Below, piece after piece: positions 1-12,700 of a DNA stretch of 64,000 nucleotides. Origin of the DNA: Auanema rhodensis (lineage: Eukaryota; Animalia; Nematoda). The stretch is from positions 7,006,001 through 7,070,000 of the forward strand of contig OZ059897.1 in the NCBI GenBank assembly GCA_964057225.1, in the 5' to 3' direction. The first letter of the stretch is position 1. Each line of letters opens with the position of its first letter. The translations under genes were made by a program, and so were the position numbers. The notes beneath the pieces are model-generated. The model was given only the letters and a program-made list of their open reading frames with translations. It had not been told where the DNA came from and searched no databases.

Positions 1-261
1 TTTTGATAATCACTAATTTCCCATATCTAAATAAACTATAATTAAACCGGTTGAATATGAGATGTTACTTGTCCGAGAATAATAGGATTAAGATTGGATC
101 TCTTGAGAAAATTTGCCGCTTCGCCAGCTCCTATACAAGGTGCTCCTCCAGGATTTATCTAAAAAAGGAGTAAGCGCAAATAACCATACGAAAATTACTT
201 CTCTATAATATGCTTCATATTGCTGAAGAAACGGTTGAGCAATAACTGCGGTTTCCTCCAT
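1..261 (-). CDS. ehs-1: EPS15-like EH-domain endocytic adaptor, 5' end only (exons 261-199, 158-69, 26-<1)
   Basis: Hand splicing over GT-AG introns of 40 and 42 nt gives MEETAVIAQPFLQQYEAYYRE/INPGGAPCIGAGEAANFLKRSNLNPIILGQ/IWEISDYQ..., the start of an N-terminal EH domain (G.EAA.FLK.S.L....LGQIW.LSD pattern of EPS15/EHS-1). A TATAG acceptor lies 2 nt before the ATG (trans-splice-like). Not in the ORF track. Confidence 0.85.
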
Positions 262-738
262 ACCTATAGACAGTGAAAGAATTTAAATTTCACCAAAATT
301 CAATGAAACCAAAAGAAACCAGAATATATTATAGCAAGAGATCGAAAGATGAGTAATTGAAAACTAATTTTATCGAAACTTGCATAAAACTTTAAAACAA
401 TTTTGAACAATAATCTTAGCGAAAGTAATATTTTTCCGAATTATAAGCACAAGCTCTCTTATGAAAATCAATAATTAAGAAGAAGCGAAGAATTAAAACA
501 GCATAGAATGTAACACAATATCGCAGAACCACTGCTATTCGGAGTCCAGACTCCATTGGAAAAATTATTGAGTTCAATGGATGCGGAATTTTTAATCCCA
601 CGCCGACACTTTAAATTACGTATTCCTTTTCTTGCTCACATAATTCGAAAAGTTTTGAAAATTTAGCTAAAATGTATATTCGATTAAGCCTTAATTATAG
701 AAAAATCCATTTTCATCGGTTTTACTTTTAATTTAAGA
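262..738. promoter_or_regulatory. Putative bidirectional promoter between ehs-1 (-) and UTP20 (+)
   Basis: 477 bp separate two divergent ATGs, each preceded within 1-2 nt by a splice acceptor (TATAG on -, TTTAAG on +). Inferred from position only. Confidence 0.5.
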
Positions 739-3700
739 ATGAGTGACGAAGAAGATGTGGACGTACCCATGGATGAGGGCATTAGAAAATATGCCGGTTT
801 CAATGTAACTTGCTTTCAATAAAATAATATACCTTTTTAATTTAGTTTATCCCTTTCAATAAATTAGTAGCTAGTATTGGAGGCGATAATGCTAGATTTA
901 GTAGAAAATATAGAACTGAAAAAGATATTGGAGGAACTTATTTCGCCGAAGCTCTTACTAAATGGAACGATATGGACCATGCTGCTGACTTTGGTATGTG
1001 AACTTTCAAATTCCTGTTTTCTATTGTGTTTCAGTTGAATTCTCTGATAGTCTTCCATCTGCTGATCTGCAGACCTATGCACAACTTCTATATCATAGCA
1101 AGCTCATTATGACTAATCTGTTAGAAAAAATGAGAAACGAGGTAGCGAATATCTGAAGTATATTATTGGAATGCCTATTTCTTTTCCAGAAAACAAAATC
1201 GTCTCCAGCTTATTGTGAGATTTTAACAGCTTTAGCTAAAGATTTAAGAGATGATTTCTTTGAATATATGTGGGACTCTTTCGAAGTCATAACAAATCTG
1301 CTAGGTAATATTTCAATTTAAGCTGTACTAAAGTGTCTTTCTCCAGATTTTGGAGAACAAGATAAGGATAGTATTGAAGCATCATTTTTCTGTCTAACAA
1401 CACTGGTAAAAGTGTTATCAAAGCCTCTCTGCAAGGGAATCAAAAAATCTTTAACGTTAGTTCAAGAAAGTTTTCTCTTTTAATAATTTTTTTAAGGAAG
1501 TTTACTCCGTTGTTAAGTAGTTCTCATTCTTACGTTCGACGTTTTGGAGCTGAAGCATTTGCTTTCTTGCTCCGTAAAGTTAGTAATTTGAAGGAAGTAG
1601 CGAAATTTGCAGTAGAACATGTCAGCAAGGTTTGTTTAGTATACATGAATTTTGGCATTGAATCATTTATTTAGGCTGAAGATAATCGTTTGAAAAATGG
1701 TGTTGCTGAATTGTTTTTTAATGTCTTCAGAGGACTTGCAGGTGGCTTCCAGAGTAGTGGTTATGAGGTTACTATCCTATTATTCTTTTTAATAATTAAA
1801 AAATATTTTAAGCTCTTAAAAGACATATTTCTTGGTGTTTTTTCAATTACCGAAGAGCCTGTGAGAGAAATAGGAATAGATATCTTAGAACTAACTCTTA
1901 CATCTACTGTTCAATACGTAGTTAAAGCCAAAACGGGTGATTTAAAAATGGTTGAAAAAGTTTTATTAGTATGTTTTTAATTATTATTTCTTCGTAATGG
2001 TATTTCTCAGGATATTCTTGATGTTACGAAAACTACGTTAGATATATCTTATATGCTTCGGCTTCTTCCTTTGTTATTTGCACGAAAACAGTCGGAATTA
2101 TTGTTTAGCAGTGATCAAAGATTAATAAAAACCTTCAAAAGTTTACTCCAATCGGAAAACTATTCATTTGACGCCAATGCTTTGAATTGCCTTCAATTGG
2201 TTTGTTTTTAAATTATTATTATTTAATTTGTTCTAATTATAGGCAATAACTGAAATTTATAATAAAAATGTCTGGGCTGCCACCCTCCAGGATTTATTTG
2301 TATTGATTAGCAATCGTCATAATAAGGATGGATTCACGAATGTAAGGTCAAAAATATCACTTTAGCTTTTTCATTTATTTTAGATTTTGAAACTCATCAG
2401 ATCAGTTTATAAAATCTCTGCCTTTGATCTATGCATTTTACCAACATTCGCTGTAATAACAGAAAATATTATTAAGAACGAGGTTTATTTCTGTTTTTGA
2501 ATATATTTATTCTAAAAAGTTTTCTTAGGTTGAGCAAGAAATATCAGAAGTATTTTCCATATATGCTGCCGTATGCGCTGACAGGAAGCCTCCTCAGAGT
2601 TGTACGACAGCGGGTGTGTTCAACTATTGCTTCATTTTTACTTACTTTTTGAAACAGGCCGCGTTTCTTTCTTCGACGTTGGAAACCATTCCTTTATTCG
2701 CAAACACGTTGTATCAGCTCTTGCCAAGCTTACTACCATAGATATAGTTCTCGCCACTAACTATATAGTTTTATGGCCTTGGTTGTTTTCCGAACATCAG
2801 AAAGTGGAAGGTGGGAACCTTTCTTGATATTTTACTATATTTCTGATTTTCAGGCACACCTTTCGTCATAGAGTTTTTGGAACATGTTCTTAAGATCGAA
2901 GAAGCCAGCGTCAGAGTCAGCCAAGCTGCATTTTTGATTGCTTCATCCTTGTACTTTGTACAAAGAGAGGGATTATTAAGAATTTCCAATGAAATTTACG
3001 AAAATTTCATTCAGTTAGTTTTTTTCGTTCCGAAAGAATTAACGTTTTTTTTTAAAATTATTTCTTTTTGATTTTCTGACCGCATTACAGTAATCTGGCT
3101 AATTTCAAATATTCATTTTCAAATGACTATCTAATCAGAACGGTCTGTTTATGTTTATTTTCAGATCTCAAAAATGCTCCGAATCGTCTGTTCGTGTTTA
3201 CTCGCTATTTATGAAAATTACTGGCAAACAGAACAGTATGGAAACATTTGTGAAGTATGATATATTTTTCCTCTCTGTATTATTTAAATTTATCAAGGTT
3301 GTCTCAATTGTTGCAACCTGCATTTTTCTGCCCTTCGAGTACAAAAAGAAAAACCGCTCTCGAGGTTTTGGCAAATTTTGATTTGGACTATGAGGATAAT
3401 TCTGAAAACGTAAAAGCTTTTATTTCTGATTAGTTTCTATCTTCTTTCTTGAAGTTTGCTTCGGAAGGATTGTTTTCAATATTATATCAAGCTGAAAACT
3501 GTATTACCAGCGATACTCGTGGACGCCTACTGCAATTTAGAAAGCTTTTATACGGAGCTCACAGGAAACATTTACCTGAAGGCCACACAGCTGCCATGGA
3601 AGAGGTTAGTTTATTATAATCATACTTTTTTTTCATGATTTGTTTATAGGTTATACTTCGAGTTGCTTATTCGCAATTCTTTGTCCAATTCACCTTGCTT

Positions 3701-6700
3701 TGGCCTGGAATGCATGAACTCTTAACTTCATTTGCTCGTGGTCTTAGTATTGACGAATTTTGGAGAATCACTGCAGATATATTCAAAATTGTTGATACAG
3801 GTTTGTTATTTTGACCATATTTAAATTATATATTTTCGTTTTAGCATGTAAGGAAATTGAACAGGACGAATCAACTGATGAAACGTTTAAATTGTTGTTG
3901 AATGACATGGATCAGATAAATCGAAAAGATTTTCTGGCTGTTCGGATTCAAATTCTGAAGTTTTTCCTGAAGATTCCTGACATTGCGGAAAGAAAATCCC
4001 GTATTCTAAGTCCTTATTTCTTAGACTTATACAAGTATCCTTATATCTTAGATCTTACCTTATCTATTTCATTTATAGGAACGATTATATTCGTATTACT
4101 GAACATAACAACGATGAAGAACTATCAGATCGTCGACAGCTTAACTTCACGGAGATCAGCAAGGTAGGGGTTTAGTCAGATTATTTGCTCAATTAAAGTT
4201 CTTTAGGCATTGTGTGCTTATTTAGAATTATTCTCCAAATTTTCTGATGCTAAATCAATTTATTTGGAAAAAGATATTCGAGTTATGTATGACAAGGTAC
4301 AGATAATGGAATATTACTGTACAATTTCAATTGTTTTCAGTTGTTAACTTGTAGTTCTCCGGAAATTCAGAAATTAGCAGTAGCATGTGTGTTTTCATAC
4401 AAGAATAATCGTTTAACACCATATAGGTAAAACTTGAGCTAATGCAAAATAATACACATATGAAATTCAGAGAAAATTTCGATGCTTTGGTTGACGAGAA
4501 AACACTCTTAGATCAATTAGTGCTATTCAAAATTTCTGAGGATGAGGAAGATGCCGTATTAGCCGCTGAACATCGTGAAACAGTTATGCCTGTTTTGATG
4601 AGGTTTTTTAGAATTTATTATAATTAAAGTGTATCTTTATTAAGGGTACTGATTGGAAAATTAGACCAACGTGGACTGAAAAAAATGGCAGCATCAAGGC
4701 GGATTGCTATATTCCGTTATTTAGGAGGCTGTCGACCAAATGAACTTCAGATATTTTTGGAGATTTGTTTCCAATCTATCACTGAAGCTGTTGGTAGGCT
4801 ACTATTTTTTACAGCCTTGAATTCATATTTTTTAACTCTAGGCAACGATGAAAATATGTTTGATAATATTTTAAATATGTGCAAGAACGAAACTGCTTTG
4901 GGAAATATTGAGCTTAAAAGACTACTAGGGTTTGTTTATTAAATTCTATACTATATTTTTACAAATACCGAGTTAATGCTAGTGAAATCAAACTACTAAA
5001 ATATAGTAGATAACTGCTATGAGATGAGTTCATAACAATTGTATCGCAGGTGATATGATGAGCGTTATGATTATAAAACTCATATAAGGAGATCTTTTGA
5101 TTTTTACATATTAAAGTATCTAGCTCTTTGTGATGTGCAGGCTTAAGGTCAATCCATTGTGCCATCCATGCTAAAGAACAATCACATTCAAGTGGGTTAT
5201 TCTGCAATAAGTATAAAACTTGCTGACACTTGAAGGGAAACTGACTTGAATTGATAAAGATTGTAATATTGTACCATGCTGATTAACAGCAGGTAGATGA
5301 GAATGTTTGAATGGTTCTAATGTTGATATCCTATTATTAGCTAGGGATAAAGCTAAATAATGTACACTTGTCAATGTGTTGAAAATTCCGGAAGGGAATT
5401 CTTTCATGGAAGTATTTTGAATACTTAAATCAAATTTATACCCGCGTATTCCATGGAAGGCACCAATTTCAATCTAAAGAAGAGAATTTTTGGTCTCAAA
5501 TTTGATAGATAACACTAACCTTGCTTAGGTTTTTTCCTATTATATGAAGCTCTCTTAGCAGCCGTTTATCCATATGAAAGAGCTGAGTATTCAACACAGG
5601 ATCTTTAATTTCGACATGTAATGATGAAAGAGGTGTTAAATTGCTCATGATATTAGATACATTGTACGGAGTAGCCTCATCAGGAATTCCAGTGATCTGA
5701 AATATCTTTGTGTAAAGCCTATGCTCAACAACATTTACCCTTAAATGTTTTAAGTTAGTTAGATGAGCGAAAGCGAATGGCTCAGGAAGACGAATTAATG
5801 AATACATGTTGTCCATTTGCAAGCTTTCCAACTGAAATTTCGAATCAATTCAGATCAGGGATTCATATATTAGTTACTTGATATAAAAATCTTAGATGAT
5901 CTTCTTGTATATGAGTTATTTGGTTATTACTGATATTGAGGCATTTCAAATCAGCCAAGTCCTCAAATGTTGCCGGATCTAATGATTTCAAGTTGTTATT
6001 GGACAAGTCCAAATTTGTAACTTTGACCACTGCTGCAAGATCCTTTGGTTTCAATTCATAAATTTTATTGCTGTAAGTAGGAAAATTTAACTAGTTATTA
6101 AATGAAGAAAACCTACTGGCTTAAATTCATACTTCTTATAGATCTATGATTTAACTTAGGAATGGAAAACAAGCCCGTATGTGCCAAGTTAAGGCTAACA
6201 ATGAAATGGCTCAGATCCTAAATATTTTCATTGTATTCTTGTTATTTTTAAATATTCAATACCTTGAATGCTGTGGGACTCCAAGACGTAACAGGATTAT
6301 GACTTAAGTCTAAGTGTTGTAAGCTTGTTAAATGCTCGAAAGCAGCCTCTTCTATTGAATCGATCTGATTGTGTGCTAGTCTAAGTGTTGAAATATTCTT
6401 CAGTCCAACAAGCTGGGGAGAATCAACAGTTTTCAATTGGTTATGATCAAGGTTTAAGCTTGATAAGCTCGATGAAGAAGTCTCTAAGGCTTCTATAGGG
6501 ATTCGGTTAAAAGCATTATGCGATAAGTTTATGTGGAGCACGTTTTGTTTTCCAATAAAGCCTCGATGAAGTGATATTAAGGCATTGCTGCTCAAATCTA
6601 ACTTAGTTATTAATTTCTGGAAATGTTGAGTTGTTTTCTTTTCTTTTATTTTTAAACTTACTTGGTTGATGAAAGTATTTTTCCATATTGTTCGTATATG

Positions 6701-9700
6701 ATTATGAGAGAAATCAATTATGGCGAGTTTAGGACAGTTATGTAAGGCATTGGCCTGAATTTCCAATATACCGTTATGACTCAATGATAGTTCTGTAAGC
6801 TCTTCGAAATCTTCCATCATCTCTTTCTTGACAGATTGAAGATTATTGTGAGCGAGATTCAAACTGAGTAAATTTCTTTTCACACAGCTAAGATCAATTC
6901 TAAAATGATTAGTGATATAGCTTTCTATTTGCTTGCAACTAACTGATTAATATTATTGTGTGATAAGTCCAAAGATGCCATTGTGTTCATAATGCCTAAG
7001 AAATCACAATCTACTTTCCGTAATTTGTTCTTATTTAGTTGTAGCCCATCCAATTTATTTATCAAATAGAAGCTGTTCTTTTCCAAAGTGTCGATTGAAT
7101 TATGGTGAAGAAGCACATGTTCAATTGAAGGAAGGTTCGTGAATGCATATTGCGTCGTACGAATCAATCGGTTTTCTGATAAGTCCAGTTGCCGAAGATT
7201 CTTAAGTCGTGTAAAGCACTGTAATTTAATCGTAAAAATAGAGAACCTGGAGTTAGGCTTACCCTCTGTGGGAGAACTCTTATTCTGTTATTTGATAAAC
7301 GGAGGTATTGGAGATTTTCAAGATTCGCAAAAGCTTCTGGACTAATATGCTCTATTTTGTTATTTGCTAAGTTGAGCGACTTCAGTGCACGAGAACTACT
7401 TGCATGGAAAATTTTTTCATCGAGTCTACTCAACATATTATTAGCCATTGATAAATGCTCTAATTTTTGAACATCTCCCAGCGCATAAGCTGGAAGGTTA
7501 GAAATTCGATTATGATCCAATACCAAATGGCGGAGTTTATGCATGTTATATAGGGCTGACAGTGGGAATGTTTTCAAATTATTGTGTTGTAAAAATAGTT
7601 TTTCAAGCCCCGGTAGCTTTTCGAAGGCTTTCGGCCCGAGATGCTCTATTGTGTTATATGAAAGGTCTAGATAAGCTAAGGTACTCATGTATAAGAACAC
7701 CCCAGGATCGGAAATGTTTCGGATATGGTTTCCAGCAAGGTTCAGTATAATTAAGCTGGTTCCGGTACCATCGAAAGTACCGAATGCTAATTTACCTAGG
7801 CTTTCTATTCGATTTTTTGAAAGATCTAGGTGTTGTAGTTTTTCCATTCCGTTCAATAACTGAAGATTTAGATTAGATTAAGAAATCAATTTTCAACTAA
7901 CCGCTGTTGGAATTTCTTTGAGTTGATTGTAAGCCAATAGGAGTTCAGTTATAGTTTTTTTAATTCCATGCAGAGTGGTAGGATCCAATCTTAATTGAAT
8001 ATTATTGTAAATAGTATTGCCTTTCTACTTACTTGCTCAATTTATTGCCGTTCAAATTCAAATGACTAAGGCTATGAAGATCACGTAGGGCATCAGGCAA
8101 TGTATGTATTATATTTTCTTCTAAATTAAGCTTCTCCATGTTTTTCGCAAAGTTCTTAAATGCTCCATGAGGTATATATGCGATATTATTATAGCTCAGA
8201 TCTAGATTCTTTATTTGAGAGACTGTCTCGAAAGAACTCTGATATATACTATCTATCTAAACATTTTTTTATCTATTAGGCGGTACTTCGATTTTATTGC
8301 TCACCTGGTTATAGCTTAGGTCCAGCTCTTTCATTTTACGAAAACTTCGAAAAGAATTTTCATTGAGCCATCGAATTTTATTGTTCCGTAAAATGATGTT
8401 AATTTCATTCTTGAACTGAACTTCAGCGTTATATCCCAATGTTGTGATATTGTTGCCTTCTAAATTTAATGTTTGAAGTTCCGTAAGGTCTTTCAAAGCT
8501 AAGTATGGTATCTGAAAGATGATGTAAATATAATTACCATTCGATACAATATTACCTCGGTTAAAAGGTTATTTCTTAAATCTAGAAAACTAAGTGTGAC
8601 AGGTAAAGACATCTTCTCAATTTCTACAATTCGATTATTTGCCAATGTTAATACTATCAGCCTTAGCCTTTGAAATGAAAGATTTGGTATGACTTTTAAC
8701 TGAAAAATATTAAAATATCCTCAGTTTGATCACCATAATGCTTACCTTATTGTTATCTAGATGAAGAAATTGTAAGCTATTCAGTTGTGTTTCATCGAAT
8801 GTATTTGGTCTAACATGAGTTATACGATTGTTTTCCAAATGTAAGAATTGCAATTGGTGAAGATATGTAAGAGCCCAAGCTGGTATAACAGAGAGATTGT
8901 TATGTTTGAGATTAAGCATTGTTAGCTTCATCTATAAATTAAGGATAGAGCAATATCTTTGTATTATATGTTACCTCCAGTCCTCTAAATGCATTTACAT
9001 TTACTGTTTGGATCTGGTTATTAGAAAAATCGAGGGTTTGAATATTAAAATGTTTGAAAGCATCCTGAAAGAGATGTTTGACACTGATTAGCTGCTACCA
9101 AGGTACCTGCTGAATAAAAGCTAGTGCCCCGTCTGTCATTGAAAGAGCTACAATGTCCAGGTCTGGCGGTTGTTTTTGATTTTCTGAATTGAAAATTGGA
9201 GGAACTGTAGCTGAGGTCATTTGGTGACAGATGATGTGCAGAGAATTTCCTGCACCTACTGGTACACATAGGCATTGTTTCCAAATGCTCTCCAACCCAA
9301 TATTAACGCTATGAATGCAGACTTAAGCTAGGATGTATGCTTTACGCAGCCTACCTGCATTGATCCTTTTCGATATCTTTGTTATAATCTTGATGAGGAT
9401 AGACGAGATGAATTACTAGCGAAATATAAATAATGAATCTGGAGTTCATCTTGACACATTGTTCAATAAAGCATAGACCTCTGAAATCAGATTTGGTGAA
9501 AATAAAAAGGAAAAAAGAAATGAGTAAAACATCAGAGAAGTTTACTAGATGGAAATGAAAGCGGAGATTGAACAGTTGTGTGATGCGAGGGAGGAATGTA
9601 ACAGAGGGCACTTGGTAGGTCCATAGCATCATTAACCTCGTATCACAATTGCATTTGACGGAAATCTTAGCCCTCGGATACGAACCCTGTTCTTATAACT

Positions 9701-12700
9701 GAATGCAGCCTATTTCGTACATTTAATGCACTGTTTTTAATTTATTTTTGACTGGTATGCATTCCAAACAAGCATATATAAATGGGATACTTTAGTTACG
9801 TATAATAAAAGCTGATTCTTCGTAACCTGTCTATCACTATCTCTCATTTTATGACATTTTTGCGCTATACTGAAAAGCTAGAAATATGTTGATTATTAAG
9901 ATGTTTTTGGATGTTAAACTGCTACGAATCATGTTTTGTTGTCTGGCAATCGTCAGTGGCAAAGACATTTAGTTTAAAGACTAAGCTGTTCATAGCAATG
10001 AATGATGAGCATTGATAATGTTAAGATATAAGAGAAATGGTGTCAAGACGTTAATATGAGAGTGATTATAAGAGTCAATTATGAAAAAACGAGATGGATG
10101 ATATATGAGAATGTATCAGCTTGCTTTATTTGAAGAAGAAATGATCTCTTAAGCAAGTGTTATTTGAGAATATTCAGATGCTAAATCCACACGCAAACTG
10201 CCACCTATTTGGCTGTGAGCATTAGAGATTCGCAGCACCTAATGAGGGTATGACCTTGCTTTGTATCTTGGCATAGGAGGTAAATACTTTCAATTCTAAC
10301 TCCGGGATGGTCCGGATGGGATAATGGCTGTCTCAAATGACACGAGCAGTGTTGTTCTTTTGTTTTACGCCGCTTCCCCTGGGATGTCTTCATTTGTTGT
10401 AAACATTAGTGAACATCAGATTGGAGGTTTATACCGCGTGTGGTTCGATCAAGTAATCTTCAAATGTTTCGAAGTTTTATCAAAAAAAATAATCTCATTA
10501 CATATGGAAGAAGGCGGGAAAAAGAACAGGCGCAACAAATCTGGCCTCATTAAGAAGAAACAATGTGACAATAAGAAGAATACGAGTTTATGATTTATAA
10601 TACTAATAAAGTGAAGGGAAAAGTTTACTTTATTATGCTCTTATATACTCGTGAATATGTTTAATTGATACCTCATAAGATAGTAACGCTTTCAATCTCT
10701 GAAAGCTCTAATCGCGAATGCGTAACCTGATATTGAAACAAGAAGGCAGCTGAACACAGCCCAACTGAGTACACTAACTCAACCTGTCTGTCTAACAATG
10801 TTGAGCTCAGAAATAAGTATTACATATGGTCCTTCCATAACAAAATTGGAATTAGTTGATGCATGGATGTACAAGCATACATGTTCTTATTTTGCTTTCT
10901 ATCCGTTTTTCATCGACAGAGCACAGTTTTTTTTTGGCCTTTCACAATAAGTATGCTAATAAGAAAATGCTTAGTTGTGCTAATTATATGAATTAAATGA
11001 CTTCTACATCTTTCAAAAATAAATAATAGTTGAAAAAAACAAGTAATAGTATTGTATGTTGGCCAAGGATTTATAGTGGATTATATAAGTACATATCTAA
11101 TATAAGAACGTAAAATATATGACAGATATACTGTTCTAGCTGTGGAAGAATGCTAAAGATTGAGGTTCTGATTTATGGCAACATATTTACGACGAACCTA
11201 CTTCTAGAATAACTTGAATTGCTCATATTAAGAAAGATGTGGGCGACAGCAAGCACAGAACAGAGAACACGGAGGGGGTTGTCCTAAGCCTTCTCCGCAA
11301 ATCCATTTCTAAATCGGTGAAGCATATAATGGTATACATTAATTATATTTCTTGCGCTGCTCCTTATTTGTCTTGCTAAATTGACTGTTAATTCTTCTTC
11401 TCCTCATGAAAAACGTGCCGCAATGAAAATTATTAATATGAAGAGTGAATGCTTCATATTGCGTAAAAGTTTTTTAAGCTTCAAGCAGTAAACACTAATA
11501 TCTTTTACTATATTTCAATAGTATCATGGAAAGAAAAATGGGAGAAAAATAAAAATAAATCTGCTAGAAATTGAAAATTTGATTCGCTAAAGAAATGTAG
11601 ATATGAAGTGCCGAACTGATATAGGAAGGCATCTTTAGGCGCTCTATATGCATCAAGTAAACTCAATTGCCACTCGAGTATATGCCCAATAACTGGATCA
11701 TAACTCGGAATGAGTCAAGATATATTCAGTTTATTTCAAGCTTGTCCTTTTTTGCAAAATTCTCTCTAACCATATGATATGCATACTCGATGCAAAAAAC
11801 GTTTAAAAGGGATTCTTGTTTTTTATTTTATTAATTACTTCAATTTTCTAGGTCGCTAAATAATGGAGCTGAATTGATTCGAAGAACAGCTTTAGCTCTA
11901 AATGATGATCAGAAAGCGTATATTTATCGTTTACTTATGTGTATTGGGTTGATAGCTAACAAAGTATTAGAAGCTAAATCTCTACCTAGTTTCAAACATA
12001 AGCGAGCCAGAAATATACGTATTGCGTTGTCCGATGCTCTGAAATATGTGAGTTTCTCTGATAATATAGCATATATTCCATTTATTTCAGTACTTTTCTG
12101 CTTTCAATGAAAGAAGTTTCTCTACAGTAGAAATCCAACAGTTATTAAGTGTTACTATCAACTGTTATGTTACATTCACAAATGCTAGCACTAATGGAGT
12201 AGTGATACCAGTACTTCCAACTGCGTCTGTCAGAATTCTTAATACATTATCTAAATTTCCAAGGTAACTTTGAAGCCAGTTCTAAAGTTGATTAGCTTTT
12301 TCCATGTAGACTTTATCATTTCTTCACAACGGTCATCGAGAGTTCAAACGGTGTTTCTTATAATCTTTACGATTGCTTGGTTTCTTCCTTGATTGCTCTA
12401 AGTCGAGACAAAGAAACAATCAATATTGCTCGATCGGGTGTCTTAAATCTTTTGACTATTGCCGACGAAGATGGAATGTGCAAGAAAGAAACGGAGAAGG
12501 TTCAGGTTTTGCCAAGTTTGTTAACTTGTTTTTGAACGAAAATTTAGTTTTCTTATTCAGATGTTAACTTTGGTACTTGTATTGTAGTATCTCATTTGGA
12601 TATTTTACTCAATTTCTTGGTTGAAGCCGTTGATTCTGATACAAAGAACGCCAAAATCAATGTCGACAATTTGGAAATTCTCAACAGGTTTCATATTTGA

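Noticed and set aside
416-601. 61-aa ORF on the - strand between ehs-1 and UTP20
   Set aside because: Non-ATG start, no recognisable motif, lies in the presumed promoter.
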